Shown piece after piece: positions 15,235 through 29,846 of a DNA stretch of 64,000 bases. The stretch's first letter is position 1. Each line of letters opens with the position of its first letter. The notes beneath the pieces were generated by a model that was not told the origin of the DNA, did not search any database, and worked only from the letters and a program-made list of their open reading frames with translations. Origin of the DNA: Paragordius varius (taxonomy: Eukaryota; Animalia; Nematomorpha); NCBI GenBank assembly GCA_964247055.1, contig OZ176060.1:992001-1056000 (forward strand). Reading direction: 5' to 3'. A program made the translations under genes and the position numbers.

Positions 15235-16123
15235 TATTGATTCTAAAACTACACACTTTTTTTCTTGATAAATCTCTGTTAATAGAAATTTCAAGTAAAA
15301 ACTCGAAAAAATTGAGTAAAAGGAAACAATCTAATTAAAATTTATAATAATCTAATTGAAATTGTTAATAATTTTTCGTAATAAATCTTTTTTGGGCTCT
15401 AACAGCTTATCAATATTAAAGCGAGTATATACTTAATTACTCAAGTAAAAGTAAGGTTTTTTGAATATCAATTATTTCTGTGGCTACCTTGCTCGAGTTA
15501 GAACGAGAATTGAAAATTTTAAAATGAAAATCTCGAAAAAAATAAAAGGAAACAATCTAAATGAAATTGATAATAAAAATAATATTATTCTTTTAAATAA
15601 AGACTTTTATCTTAATAAATCTCTTTTTTAAGGCTTTCAATATTACAGCGAGTATATACTTAATTACTCAAGTTATTTTTAAAAAAAATAGATTTTTTTG
15701 AATCTCAATTATTCCTGTGGACCTTTGAAATTTCAAATAAAAACTTAAAAATTAATAAAAAAGTAAAAGGAAATAATCTAGAAATTGAAATTGTTAATTT
15801 TAATAAAAATATTATTCTCTAAAACAAAACACTTTTTTTCTTGATAAATTCCTTATTTACTTAAAAGCTTCTTAATATTACAGCGAGTATATACTACATT
15901 ACTCAAGTATTTTAAAAACAAAGACTTTTATTTTAATAGAAATTCAAAAAAATTTAAAAAAAGTAGTAAAAGGAAAAAATCTAATTATGATAATAAATAT
16001 AATATTATTCTTTAAATAAAGATTTTTTTTGATAAATCTTTAGAATTTCAAATAAAAACTCGAAAAAAATAAGTAAAAGGAAATAATCTAGAAATTGAAA
16101 TTGATAATAAAAATAATATTATA

Positions 16124-17063
16124 CGGTAAAAATTTAATATTTTAAGGAAAAAACGTAAAAATATAAAAACAATATTTTATGTAAAAGACAACCATACTTT
16201 TAAAATTTTTATTTTTATATATATATACCATTTACAGTTCAAATTCACCCTTGAACAATTCAAATTTAAAACAATTAAAATTTACCCTAAAAAGAAATTA
16301 TGTGTTTTAGAAACAAATATAACTTATTAATTATATTAAATAAATCTGTATGGCATAGTTTATTATTTTTTCAGTATTATTTTTATTTAAAACAAAATTT
16401 TTATTTTTTAAAAATATATTAAAATATAGGTAATTTTTTATCTTTTGAAAAAACATATATTTTATTTGAGGATGAATTTGAATTGTTTAAGGGTGAATTT
16501 GAATTTTAATGGTATATAAATCAAGTATATAAAAATTTTTATTTTTTAAAAATATATTTAAAATATAGGTAATTTTTTATCTTTTGAAAAAACATATATT
16601 TTATTTAAGGGTGAATTTGAATTGTTTAAGGGTGAATTTGAATTCTAATGGTATATAAATTAAGTATATTCAAAATTTTTATTTTATAAAAATATATTAA
16701 AATATATGTAATTTTTTTATCTTTTGAAATAAAAAATTTTATTTAAGGGTGAATTTGAATTATAATGGTATATAAATTATAGAGAAATTTTTATTTATAA
16801 AAATATATTAAAATATAGGTAATTTTTTATCTTTTGAAAAAACATATATTTTTATTTGAGGGTGAATTTGAATTGTTAAAGGGTGAATTTGAATTGTAAT
16901 GGTATATAAATCAAGTATATAGAAATTTTTATTTTCTAATATTAAAATAAGTATTTTACATTGTAATCAAATGTTTTTATAAAAGAAATAAAAAAAGTAT
17001 GGTTGTTTTTTGAAAAAAAATATATTTTTACATTTTATCCGTATAAATTCACAGTTTTCACTG
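16124..17063 (+). mobile_element. Element C copy 3
   Basis: TA|CGGTAAAAA ... TTTTCACTG|TA. Confidence 0.8.
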
Positions 17064-18269
17064 TATTGGTTTTCTAAAACAAAACACTTTTTTTCTTGAT
17101 AAATCTTTTTAAATAGTATTTCAAGTAAAAACTCGAAAAAATAAAGTAAAAGGAAACAATCTAGAAATCGAAATTGTTGATAATAAAAATAATATTATTC
17201 TCTAAAACAACATACTTTTTTTCTTAAATTTTCTTTTATTTAAAAGCTTAATATTGAAGCGAGTATATACTACATTACTCAAGTATTTAAAGAAATAGAA
17301 AGTAATAAAGGTGGATTTCCTTTAAAATTTCAAATGAAAACTTTTAAAATTAAAAAGTATAAGGAAATAATCTAGAAATCGAAATTGTAAATAATAATAA
17401 TAAATATAATATTATTCTCTAAAACAAGACACTTTTTCTTAATAAATCTCTTTTACTTAAAAGCTTCTTAATATTACAGCGAGTATAAACTTAATTATTC
17501 AAGTATTTTAAGACAAAAACTCGAAAAAAAATAAGTAAAAGGAAACAATCTAATTGAAATTAATAATAATAATAATAAAATCTATGTTTCAGCGAGTATA
17601 TACTTAATTTCTCAAGTATTTTAAAAGATAAAGAAAGAAATCGTTAATCTAAAATATTTCTGTGAATTCCCTTTGAAATTCCAAAAAAAACTTTTAAAAT
17701 TAAAAAAAAAATAATCTAAAAATCGAAATTGTCAATTATAATAATAATTAATTATTCTCTAAAACAACACACTTTTTTCTTGATAAATCGCTTTTTCTCA
17801 AAAGCTTATCAATATTACAGCGAGTATATACTTAATTACTCAAGATTTTAAAAGCAAGGTTTTTAAATTTCAACAAATAAAAATTTCAAATAAAAAACTC
17901 GTAAATTAAAAAAAAGTTAAAGGAAACAATATAGAAATTGAAATTGATAATAAAATAATAATATTATTCTTTAAATAAAGTTTTTTTTTATAAATTTTCT
18001 TTTACTTAAAAGCTTCTTAATATTAAAGCGAGTATATACTTAATTACTCAAGTATTTTAAAACAAAAATTTGAAAAAATTAAGTAAAAAGAAATAATTTA
18101 ATTAAGATTGATAATAATAATATTATTCTTTAAATTAAGAACCTTTTTTTATAAATCTCTATAGATAGAAATTTTAAATGAAAAAACTCGAAAAAATAAG
18201 TAAAAGGAAATAATCTAAAAATTGAAATTGATGATAATATATTATTATTTATAATAAATACTTTTTTTT

Positions 18270-19234
18270 AATAAATCTCTTTTACTTAAAAGCTTCTTAA
18301 TATTACAGCGAGTATATACTACATTACTCAAGTATTTTAAGAGAAATAGATTTTTATTATAAAAGAAATTCAAAAAAACTCGAAAAAATAAGTAAAAGGA
18401 ATAATCTAAAAATAATTGATAATAAATAAAATTATTATTATCTATAAATAAAGACTTTTTTTCTTAATAAATCTCTGTAGATAGAAATTTTAAATAAAAA
18501 CTTGAATAAATAAGTAAAAGGAAATAATCTAGAAATCGAAATTGTTGATAAATATAATATTATTCTTTAAATAAAGGTTTTTTCTTAATATATATCTGTA
18601 GATAGAAATTTATTATAATTCTTGAAAAATTGAGTAAAAAGAAAAAATCTAAAAATAAAAATTGTTGATTATACTATACAGTAAAAATATTATTATTATC
18701 TATAATAAACACTTTTTTCTTAATAAATCTCTTTTACTTAAAAGCTTTTTAATATTACAGCGAGTATATACTACATTACTCAAGTATTTTAAGAGAAATA
18801 GATTTTTATTATAAAAGAAATTCAAAAAAACTCGAAAAAATAAGTAAAAGGAATAATCTAAAAATAATTGATAATAAATAAAATTATTATTATCTATAAA
18901 TAAAGACTTTTTTTCTTAATAAATCTCTGTAGATAGAAATTTTAAATAAAAACTTGAATAAATAAGTAAAAGGAAATAATCTAGAAATCGAAATTGTTGA
19001 TAAATATAATATTATTCTTTAAATAAAGGTTTTTTCTTAATATATATCTGAAGATAGAAATTTATTATAATTCTTGAAAAATTGAGTAAAAAGAAAAAAT
19101 CTAAAAATAAAAATTGTTGATTATACTATACAGTAAAAATATTATTATTATCTATAATAAACACTTTTTTCTTAATAAATCTCTTTTACTTAAAAGCTTT
19201 TTAATATTACAGCGAGTATATACTACATTACTCA
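18270..19234. repeat. Near-identical 452-bp tandem duplication inside satellite B
   Basis: GAGAAATAGATTTTTATTATAAAAG occurs at 18341 and 18793, and TACAGTA at 18677 and 19129. Only one substitution was seen by eye inside the unit (CTGTAG vs CTGAAG). Confidence 0.9.
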
Positions 19235-19424
19235 ATTTTTTAAAAGACAAAAATTCGAAAAAAAGTAGTAAAAGGAAATAATCTAAAAATTGAATTGATA
19301 ATAAAAAATAATATTATTCTCTAAAACAAAACACTTTTTTTCTTAGAAAATCTCTTTTACTCAAAAGATTGTTAATCTTAAAGCGAGTATATACTTTTTA
19401 TAAATATTTTAAAAGCAAGGTTTT

Positions 19425-22400
19425 ATTGAATTATCTAAAACAAAGAAATCTCAAAAACTAAAATTATTTTGTTGAATAATAAATTTTCTTTTAAAAATGC
19501 TTTTTTAAATGCAAAACGTTTTGATTTTTAAATAAAAAGGTTTTTTTGACATGAAAATCTACTGAATAATAGCTAATATAAAATTTCATATTTCAAAAAT
19601 AAATTCCATCTTTTAAATTTAAAAGAAGAATTTAAAACAAAAATTCTAGAAAATTAAATCAATTCTTGTTAAAATAATAAATTTTCAAAAATAAATGAAT
19701 TTATTTAAAAAAAATGCTCTTTTAAATGCAAAACGTTTTGATTGATTGGGAAAAAGGTTTTTTTGAATGGAAAATTACCAAATAATAGATAATATAAAAT
19801 CTCATAAATTTTCAAAATAAATTCCATCTTTAAGAAGAATTATTTAAAACAAAAAAATTTTGAAAACTAAAATTATTTCTTGTTAAATGAAAAAATTTTT
19901 TTAAAAAAAATGCTCTTTTAAATTTAAAAGAAGAATTATTTATAAAAACGATTTTTTTGACTGGAAAATTACCAAAAAATAAAAATGAAATTTAAATTTA
20001 TAAATTCCATCTTTTAAATTTAAAAGAAGAATTATCGAAAACAAAGAGTTTTCAAAATCTAAAATCATTTCTTGAGAATAAATTTTTGTTTTAAAAATAA
20101 ATTTTTCTTTTAAAATCTCTCTAATGATTAATAAAAAGTTTTTTGATTGGAAAATTACCAAATAATAGCTAATATGAAATCTCATAAACTTATAAAAATA
20201 AATTCCATCTTTTAAATTTAAAAGAAGAATTATTTAAAATAAAGAGGTCTTCAAAAACTAAAATCATTTCTTGTTAAATTAATAATAAATAAATAAATTT
20301 TTTTAAAATATCCAAAAATTCAAAACGTTTTAATTTATTAATAAAAATATTACATCTTTAAAAGAATTATTTATAAAACAAGAAAATTAAATTATTTATT
20401 GTTGAAAGAATAAATTTTCAAAAATATTCCATCTTTTAAATCTAAAAGAAGAATTATCTAAAACAAAGAATTTTTAAAAATTACCAAATAATAGATATTT
20501 TACAAAATTTCAAAAATAAATTCCATCTTTAAGAATTAAAAGAAAAATTATCTTAAAAGAGGTCTCGAAAACTAAAAGATTTTTTTTGATTGGAAAATTA
20601 CCAAATAATAGATATTTTACAAAATTTCAATAATAAATTCCATCTTTAAGAAGAATTATTTATAAAACTCGAAAATAAAAGGTTTTTTTGACAGGAAAAT
20701 TACTAAATAATATGAAATTAATAAATTTTTCTTTTAAATTTAAAAGAAAATTATCTAAAACAAAGAAATACTTTAGAAAATTTAAAATCATTTCTTGTTG
20801 AAAAAAATATTTTTTTTAAAAATGCTTTTTTAATTCTAAGAAGAATTATTTAAAACAAAGAGATCTAGAAAACTAAAATCATATCTTGTTAAATGAATAA
20901 TTTTTTCATAAATAAATTTCTTTAAAAAAATCCAAAAATAAACGTTTTATTTGATTAATAAAAGGTTTTTATGACTGAAAAATTATCAAATAATAGTTAA
21001 TATGAAATATCACAAATTTTCAAAAATATTCCTTAAATCATATCTAAAACAAATAGGTTTTCAAAACTAAAATCATTTCTCGTTATATGAATAAATTTTT
21101 CTTTTATAAAAAGTTCTTTTAAAAATATTCCATCTTTGTAAGTCGAATTATTTAAAAAGTTATAATTATTAATTAAAACGATTTTTTGATTGATGAAATC
21201 TACCAAATAATATGAAATCTCATATTTTTAATAATAAATTCCATATTTTTAAAATCTCAGAAGATTATCTAAAACAACTCGAAAACTAAAATCAGTTCTT
21301 GTTAAATTAATAATTTATTTAAAATAAATAATCTTTTAAAAAATTCAAAAATTCAAAAATGTAATGATTAATAAAAAAGTTTTTTTGACTTGAAATTACC
21401 AAATAATAGATTTCAAATCTGATAAATTTCAAAAATATTTATTCCATCTTTTAAATCTAAGAAGAATTATCTAAAAAAAAATAAAATTAATTCTAATTTT
21501 TTTAAATAAATTCCATCTTTGAGAATTATTTATAAACTAAGAAAACTCTAGAAAATTTAATCAATTCTTTTTATAAAAAATTTTTTTGATTAATGAAAAT
21601 TACCAAATAATATTTATTTTACAAAATTTTAAAAATATTCCATCTTTTAAATTTAAAAGAAGAATTATCTAAAACAAAGAGGTCTAAAAAATTAAAATCA
21701 TTAATGATTTTTTTAAAAAAATGTAAAAAGTTTGATTTATTAATAAAAAGTTTTTTTGATTAGAAAATTACCAAATAATAGATATTTTACAATATTTCAA
21801 AAATAAATTCCATCTTTAAGAAGAATTACTTATAAAACTCGAAAATAAAAATCATTTCTTGTTAAATAAATAAATTTCTTTAAAAAAATCCAAAAATAAA
21901 CGTTTTAATTGATTATAAAAAAGTTTTTTTATTGGAAAATTACCAAATAATAGCTAATATAAAATCTCACAAATTTTCAAATATTTATTCCATCTTTAAG
22001 AAGAATTATTTATAAAACTCAAAAATAAAAATCATTTCTTGTTAAATAAAATAATTTTTTTAAAAATAAATTTCATCTTTAAGAAGAATTATTTATAAAA
22101 CTCAAAAATAAAAAAGTTTTTTTGTAAAATAAATAAATTTTTCTTTTAAAATGCTCTTTTAAAATGAAAAATGTTTTGATTTATTAATAAAAAGTTTTAT
22201 TTGACTGGAAAATCTACCAAATAATATGAAATCTTACAAATTTTCAAAAATATTTATTCCATTTTTTAAATCTAAGAAGAATTATTTAAAACAAAGAAAT
22301 CTCGAAAAAACTAAAATCAATTCTTGTTGAATAAATAAATTTTTCTTTTAAAAATGCTCTTTTAAATGTAAAAACGCTTTGGTTTTTAAATAAAAAGGTT

Positions 22401-23505
22401 TTTTTGACTGAAAAATTACCAAATAATAGATATTTTACAAAATTTCAAAAATAAATTCCATCTTTAAGATGAATTATTAATAAAACTTAAAAATAAAAGG
22501 TTTTTTTTGATTAATGAAAATTACCAAATAATAGCTAATTATGAAATCTAACAAATTTTCAAAAATAAATTCCATCTTTTAAATCTAAGAAGAATTATTT
22601 AAAACAAAAAGAAGTCTCAAAAATTAAAATCATTTCTTGTTAAATAAATGATTTCTTTAAAAAATAATTTTTTCTTTTAAAAAAATGCTCTTTTAAATTT
22701 AAAAGAAGAATTTATCTAAAATAAGGAAATTCTCTAGAAAATTTAATAATTTTTTGTTAAAAAAATAATTTTTTTAAAAAAATCCAAAAATAATCTTTAT
22801 AAAACTCGAAAATAAAAAAGTTTTTTTTTGATTGTTGAAAATTACCAAATAATAGCTAATATGAAATCTCATAAACTTTTAAAAATATTTATTCCATCTT
22901 TTAAATTTAAAAGAAGAATTATCTAAAACAAAGAGGTCTCAAAAACTAAAATCATTTCTTGTTTATTAAATAATTTTTTCTTTTAAAAAAATCCAAAAAT
23001 AATCTTTATAATAGTTAATAAAAGGTTTTTTTATTAATAAAAAGTTTTTTTAACTGAAAAATTACCAAATAATAGCTAATATGAAATCTTACAAAATTTT
23101 CAAAAATAAATTCCATCTTTAAGAAGAATTATTTATAAAACTCAAAAATAAAAAAATTTTTATGACTGGAAAATTACCAAATAATAGATATTTTATAAAA
23201 TTTCAAAAATAAATTCCATCTTTAAGAAGAAATATTTATAAAACTCAAAAATAAAAAAGTTTTTTTGATTGATGAAAATTACCAAATAATAGCTAATATG
23301 AAATCTTACAAATTTTCAAAAAAATGTTCCATCTTTTAAATTTAAAAGAAGAATTATCTAAAACAAAGAGGTCTTCAAAAACTAAAATCAATTCTTGTTT
23401 AATTAATAAACTTTTTTAAAAATAAATAAATTTTCAAAAAAATGTTTTAAAGAATTATTTATAAAACTCGAAAATAAAAAAGTTTTTTTATTGGAAAATT
23501 ACCAA
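19425..23505. repeat. Satellite A block 2
   Basis: Same TTCCATC / GGAAAATTACCAAATAATAG modules and orientation as block 1. The switch back to B is at ~23506 (GGAAAATTACCAAG|ATTTTTTT). Confidence 0.93.
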
Positions 23506-26500
23506 GATTTTTTTATAAATTTTCTTTTACTTAAAAGCTTCTTAATATTACGAGTATAAACTTAATTATTCAAGTATTTTAAGAAAAAAAGAGGAAGGTT
23601 TTTTAAATATTCCTGTGGATTTCCTTTGAAATTTTAAGTAAAAACTTGAAAAAAATAAGTAAAAGGAAATAATCTAGAAATTGAAATTGATAATAAAAAT
23701 AATATTATTCTCTAAAACAACACACTTTTTTTCTTAAAAACTCTTTTACTTAAAAGCTTCTTAATATTACAGCGAGTATATACTACTACTCAAGTATTTT
23801 AAAAAGGTTTTATTCTAATTGAAATTCAAATTAAAAACTCGAAAAAAATAAGTAAAAAGAAATAATCTAGAAATTAAAATTTTAATAAAATTATTATTCT
23901 CTAAAACAACAGACTTTTTTCTTAATAAATCTCTTTAACTTAAAAGCTTTTCAATATTACAGCGAGTATATACTACATTACTCAAGTATTTTAAAAACAA
24001 AGACTTTTATTCTAATAGAAAAAATGAAAAACTTGAAAAAAAAAAGTAAAAGGAAAAAATCAATCTAATTAAAATTCAAAATAATAATAATATAATTATC
24101 TAAAATAACTTTTATTCTTAATAAATCTCTTTTACTTTAAAGCTTATCAATAATACAGCGAGTATATACTACATTACTCAAATATTTTAAAAGCAAAGAC
24201 TTTTATTCTAAAATATTCCTGTGGCTACCTTGTTTATAGAGCGAATATATTAAAATTATAAAACTCGAAAAAAATAAGTAAAAGGAATAATCTAGAAATT
24301 AAAATTGATAATAAATATAATATTATTCTCTAAAATAAAGACTTTTTTCTGGATAAATTTCTTTTACTTAAAAGCTTCTTAATATTGGAGCGAGTATAAA
24401 CTTAAATACTCAAGTATTTTAAAATCAAGGTTTTTTGAATATCAATTATTTCTGTGGCTCTCAAATATAAATTTCAAGTAAAAACTCGAAAAAAATAAGT
24501 AAAAAGAAATAATCTAGAAATTGAAATTGATAATAAATATAATATTATTCTTAAATAAACACCTTTTTTTAATAAATCCCTTTTACTTACAGCGAGTATA
24601 TACTACATTACTCAAGTATTTTAAGACAAAGACTTTTATTTTAATAGAAATTTTAAATGAAAAACTTGAAAAAAATAAGTAAAAGGAAACAGTCTAATTA
24701 AAATTGATAATAATAAAATATTATTCTCTAAAATAAAGTTTATTTTTATAAATTTTCTTTTACTTAAAAGCTTCAGCGAGTATTAACTTAATTACTCAAG
24801 TATTTTAAAAGCAAGGTTTTGCTGAATCTTAATTATTCCAGTGGCTTCCTTGCTCGAGTTAAAGCGAGAAATAGTAATTTCAAGTAAAAACTCGAAAAAA
24901 ATAAGTTAAAGGAGATAATCAAGAAATTGAAATTTTTAACAAATATAATGTTATTAATGTCTAAAACAAAACGCTTTTTTTTGGATAAATCTCTTTTTCT
25001 TAAAAACTTAAAAATATTAAAGCGAGTATATACTACATTACTCGAGATTTTAATATAGAAAGTTTTTTTGAATCTTAATAGAAATTTCAAATAAAACTCG
25101 AAAAAATTAAGTAAAAGGAAACAATCTAATTAAAATTCATAATTATAATAATATTCTTTTTTAAAATAACGATTTTTTTAATAAATCTCTTTTACTTAAA
25201 AGCTTATTAATATTAAAGCGAGTATATACTTAATTAAAAAGTATTTTAAGACAAAAATTCGAAAATTAAAAAGTAAAAGGAAATAATCTAATTGAAATTT
25301 ATAATAAATATAATATTATTCTTTAAAATAAACACTTTTTACTTAATAAATCTCTAATTAAAAGCTTAACAAAATTAAAGCGAGTATATACTACATTACT
25401 CAAGTATTTTAATGGAAAGAGGTTTTTATAAAATATTCCTGTGGCTTCCTTGCTCGAGTGAGAACAAGAAATAAAAATTTAAAGTAAAAACTCGAAAAAA
25501 ATTAAGTAAAGGAAACAATCTAGAAATTGAAATTGATAATAAAAATATTCTTTAAAATAAAGATTTTTTTTATAAATTTTCTTTTCCTCTAAAAGCTTAT
25601 TAATATTACAGCGAGTATATACTTATTTACTTAAGTTCTTTAAAAGCAAAGTTTTTTTAATCTTAAATATTCATCTGGCTTCCTTGCTTGAGTGAGGGCG
25701 AAAAATAAAAATTTCAAGTAAAAAACTCGAAAAAAATAAGTTAAAGGAAATAATTTAGAAATAGAAATTATGATTGAAATAATAATATTATTAATCTCTA
25801 AAACAAAACGCTTTTTTTGGATAAATCTCTCTTTTACTTAAAAGCTTCTTAATATTACAGCGAGTATATACAACATTACTCAAGTATTTCAAATGAAAAC
25901 TTGGAAAAAAAATAAGTAAAAGGAAAAACTCGAAAATAAAAAAAGTAAAAGTAAATAATCTAGAAATTGAAATTGTTAATTATAATAAAAATATTATTCT
26001 CTAAAACAAAACACTTTTTTTCTTAATTAATCTCTTTTACTTAAAAGCTTCTTAATATTACAGCGAGTATATACTACATTACTCAAGTATTTAGGGAGAA
26101 AGAGAGTAAGAGATTTTTTAAAATATTCCTGTGGATTTCCTTTGAAATTTTGAATGAAAAACTCGAAAAAATAAGTAAAAGGAAATAATCTAGAAATTAA
26201 ATAAATTGAAATTGATAATAAAAATAATATTATTCTCTAAAACAAGATACTTTTTTTCTGGATAAATCTGTATTTAAAAGCTAATTATTATTGCAGCGAG
26301 TATATACTTAACTCAAGATTTTAATACAGAAACTTGTAAAAATTGAGTAAAAGGAATAATCTAGAAATTAAAATTGATAATAATAGATATTATTAGAGTC
26401 TAAAATAAACACTATTTTTATTAATAAATCTCTTTTAGTAAAAGCTTGTTAATATTACAGCGAGTATTTACTACATTACTCAAGTATTTTAAAAGCAAAG

Positions 26501-27732
26501 ATTTTTATTCTAATAGAAATTCAAAAAAACTCGAAAAAAATAAGTAAAAGGAAACAATCTAGAAATTGAAATTCATAATATATATAATATTATTCTTTTA
26601 AATAAAGTTTTTCTTGATAAATCTCTTTTACTTAAAAGCTTATCAATATTAAAGCGAGTATAAACTTAATTACTTAAGTATTTTAAGAGAAATAGAAAAT
26701 AAGGTTTTTTGAATATCAATTACGAGTATCAACGAGAATAATATTTTTCAAGTAAAAACTCGAAAAAAATAAGTATAAGTATATAATATAGAAATTAAAA
26801 TTGTTAATTATAAAAATAATATTATTCTATAAAATAAACACTTTTTTTCTTGATAAATCTCTTTTAGTAAAAGCTTTTTAATATTACAGCGAGTATATAC
26901 TACATTACTCAATTTTAAGGTAAAAACTCGAAAATAAAAAGGAAATCATCTAATTAAAATTGAAATTGTTAATTATAATAAAATATTATTCTTTAAAACA
27001 AAACACTTTTTTTTTCTTGATAAATCTCTATAGATAGTAATTTCAAACTAAAATATCGAATAAAAATAAGTAAAAGGAAATAATCAAATTAAAATTTATA
27101 ATAATCTAATTGAAATTGTTAATAAACACTTTTTTCTTAATAAATTTCTTTAACTTAAAAGCTTAACAATATTAAAGCGAGTATATACTACATTACTCAA
27201 GGTTTTAAAAGACTTTTATTCTAAAAGAAATTCAAAAAATTAAAAAAAAATCTTAAAAGGAAAGAATCTAATTAAAATTGATAATAATAATAATATTATT
27301 CTTTAAAACAGCACTCTTTTTTTTTCTATTCTCTTTTACTTAAAAGCTTCTTAATATTACAGCGAGTATTTACTACATTACTCAAGTATTTTAAGACAAA
27401 ATTTCGAAAAAGGTTTTTTTAATCTAAAATATTCCTGTGGATTTCCTTTAAAATTCGAAATTTCAAAAAAATAAAAAAATAAGTAAAAGGAAACAATTTA
27501 GAAATTTAATATGCAAATTTTAATAATAATAATTTATTCTCTAAAACAAAACACTTTTTTCTTAAAAAATCTCTTTTACTTAAAAGCTTCTTAATATTAA
27601 AGCGAGTATAAACTTAATTACTTAAGTATTTTAAGAACAAAGACTTTTATTCTAATAAAAATTTCAAATGAAAACTCGAAAAAAATAAGTAAAAGAAATA
27701 ATCTAGAAATTGAAATTGTTGATAATACTATA

Positions 27733-28421
27733 CAGTAAAAATTAAATTCTATGGAAAAAAAACGTAAAAATATAAAAACAAATATTTAAAAGACAACCAT
27801 ACTTTTAAAATTTTTATTTTTATAAATATTTATACCATTTACAGTTATTCACCCTTGAACAATTAAAATTTACCCTTAAACAATTAAAATTTACCCTAAA
27901 AAGAAATTATGTTGTTTTAGAAACAAATATAACTTATTAATTTTATATGAAATATATCTTTATGGCGCATAGTTTATTATTTTTATTTAAAACAAAATTT
28001 TTATTTTTTAAAAATATATATTAAAATATAGGTAATTTTTTATCTTTTGAAAAAACATATATTTTATTTAAGGGTGAATTTGAATTGTTCAAGGGAGAAT
28101 TTGAATTTAAATGGTATATAAATCAAGTATTATATAGAAATTTTTATTTTTTAAAAATATATTAAAATATAGGTAATTTTTTTAATCTTAAAAAACATAT
28201 ATTTTATTTTAGGATGAATTTGAATTGTTCAAGGGTGAATTTGAATTGTAATGGTATATAAATCAAGTATATAGAAATTTTTATTGGTAAATCAATCAAA
28301 TATGATTTTTACCTTTGTAATTAAATGTTTTTTATAAAAGAAATAAAAAAAAGTATGGTTGTTTTTTGAAAAAAAAATATATTTTTAACATTTTGTCCGT
28401 ATAAATTCACAGTTTTCACTG
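27733..28421 (+). mobile_element. Element C copy 4
   Basis: TA|CAGTAAAAA ... TTTTCACTG|TA. Confidence 0.82.
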
Positions 28422-29846
28422 TATTGATTCTAAAACAAAACACTTTTTTTTTCTTGATAAATCTCTGTAGATAGAAATTTCAAATTAAAAACTCGAAAAA
28501 ATTAAGTAAAAGGAAACATCAAATTAAAATTTATAATAATCTCATTTGTTAATAAACACTTTTTCTTAATAAATCTCTATAGATAGAAATTTCAAGTAAA
28601 AACTCGAAAAAAATTAATAAAAAGCAAACAATCTAGAAATTGAAATTGTTGATAAATATAATATTATTCTTTAAAATAAAGACTTTTTTCTTAATAAATT
28701 TCTCTTTTACTTAAAAGCTTCTTAATATTACAGCGAGTATATACTACATTACTCAAGTATTTTAAGACAGAAACTCGAAAAAGTAAGTAAAAGGAAACAA
28801 TCTGGAAATTAAAATAATATTATTCTCTATAATAAACACTTTTTTTCTTAAAAAATTGCTTTTACTCAGAAGCTTATTAATATATTACAGCGAGTATATA
28901 CTTAATTACTAAAGTATTTTAAGAGAAAAACTCGAAAATTAATAAAAGCAAAAGGAAACATAATTAAAATTGATATGGAAATTTTAATAAAAATAATATT
29001 AATCTCTAAAACAAAACATTTTTTTTTATAAATTTTCTTTTACTTAAAAGCTTCTTAATATTAAAGCGAGTATATACTTAATTACTCAAGTATTTAATAG
29101 AAAGAGGTTTTTAGATCTAAAATATTCATCTGGCTACCTTGTTTGAGTGAGAACGAAAATGAAATATTCAAATAAAAACTCGAAAAAAATAAGTAAAAGG
29201 AAACAATTTAGAAATTGAAATTGATAATAAATATAATATTATTTATTAAAAACTTATTTTTAATAAATTTGTATTTTTAAGTTTTTCAATATTACAGCGA
29301 GTCTAAACTTAACTCAAGTATTTTAAGAGAAAGAAAGATATATGTTTTTAATCTAAAATATTCCTGTGGATTTCCTTTGAAATTTTAAATGAAAAACTTT
29401 TTAAATAAAAAAAAGGAAATAATCTAATTAAAATTGATAATTAAAATAATTTTATTATTCTCTAAAACAAAACACTTTTTTTCTTTATAAATATCTCTTT
29501 ATAAAGCTTCTTAATATTAAAGCGAGTATATACTACATTACTCAAGTATTTTAAGACAAAAATACGAAAAAAAGTAGTAAAAGGAAAGAATCTAATTAAA
29601 ATTGATAATAAAAATAATATTATTATTCTCTAAACACACTTTTTTCTTTATAAATCTCGCTTTTACTTAAAAGCTTCATAATATTACAGCGAGTATTAAC
29701 TATATTACTCAAGTATTTTAAAAAAATGGTTTTTAAATTTCAATTACGAGTGAAAACGAGAAATAAATATTTCAAATTATAAAAAACTCGAAAAAAATTA
29801 AGTAAAAGGAAACAATTTAATTTAAACTAAAATTTTTGATAATATA

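Larger units (their letters stand above)
3415..19420. repeat. Satellite B block 1 (modular ~120-250 bp monomers)
   Basis: Recurrent AACTCGAAAAAAATAAGTAAAAGGAAATAATCTAGAAATTG...CTCTAAAACAAAACAC...CTTTTACTTAAAAGCTTCTTAATATTACAGCGAGTATATACTACATTACTCAAGTATTTT, head to tail in one orientation. Confidence 0.95.

Noticed and set aside
19940-20185. 81-aa minus-strand ORF, and the 58827-59018 ORF
   Set aside because: They are translations of satellite A and of the GCAGACGA motif array respectively.
1-23505. TGGAAAATTACCA in satellite A resembling NF-kB/NFAT sites
   Set aside because: It is a short, AT-rich imperfect palindrome with no independent evidence of function.
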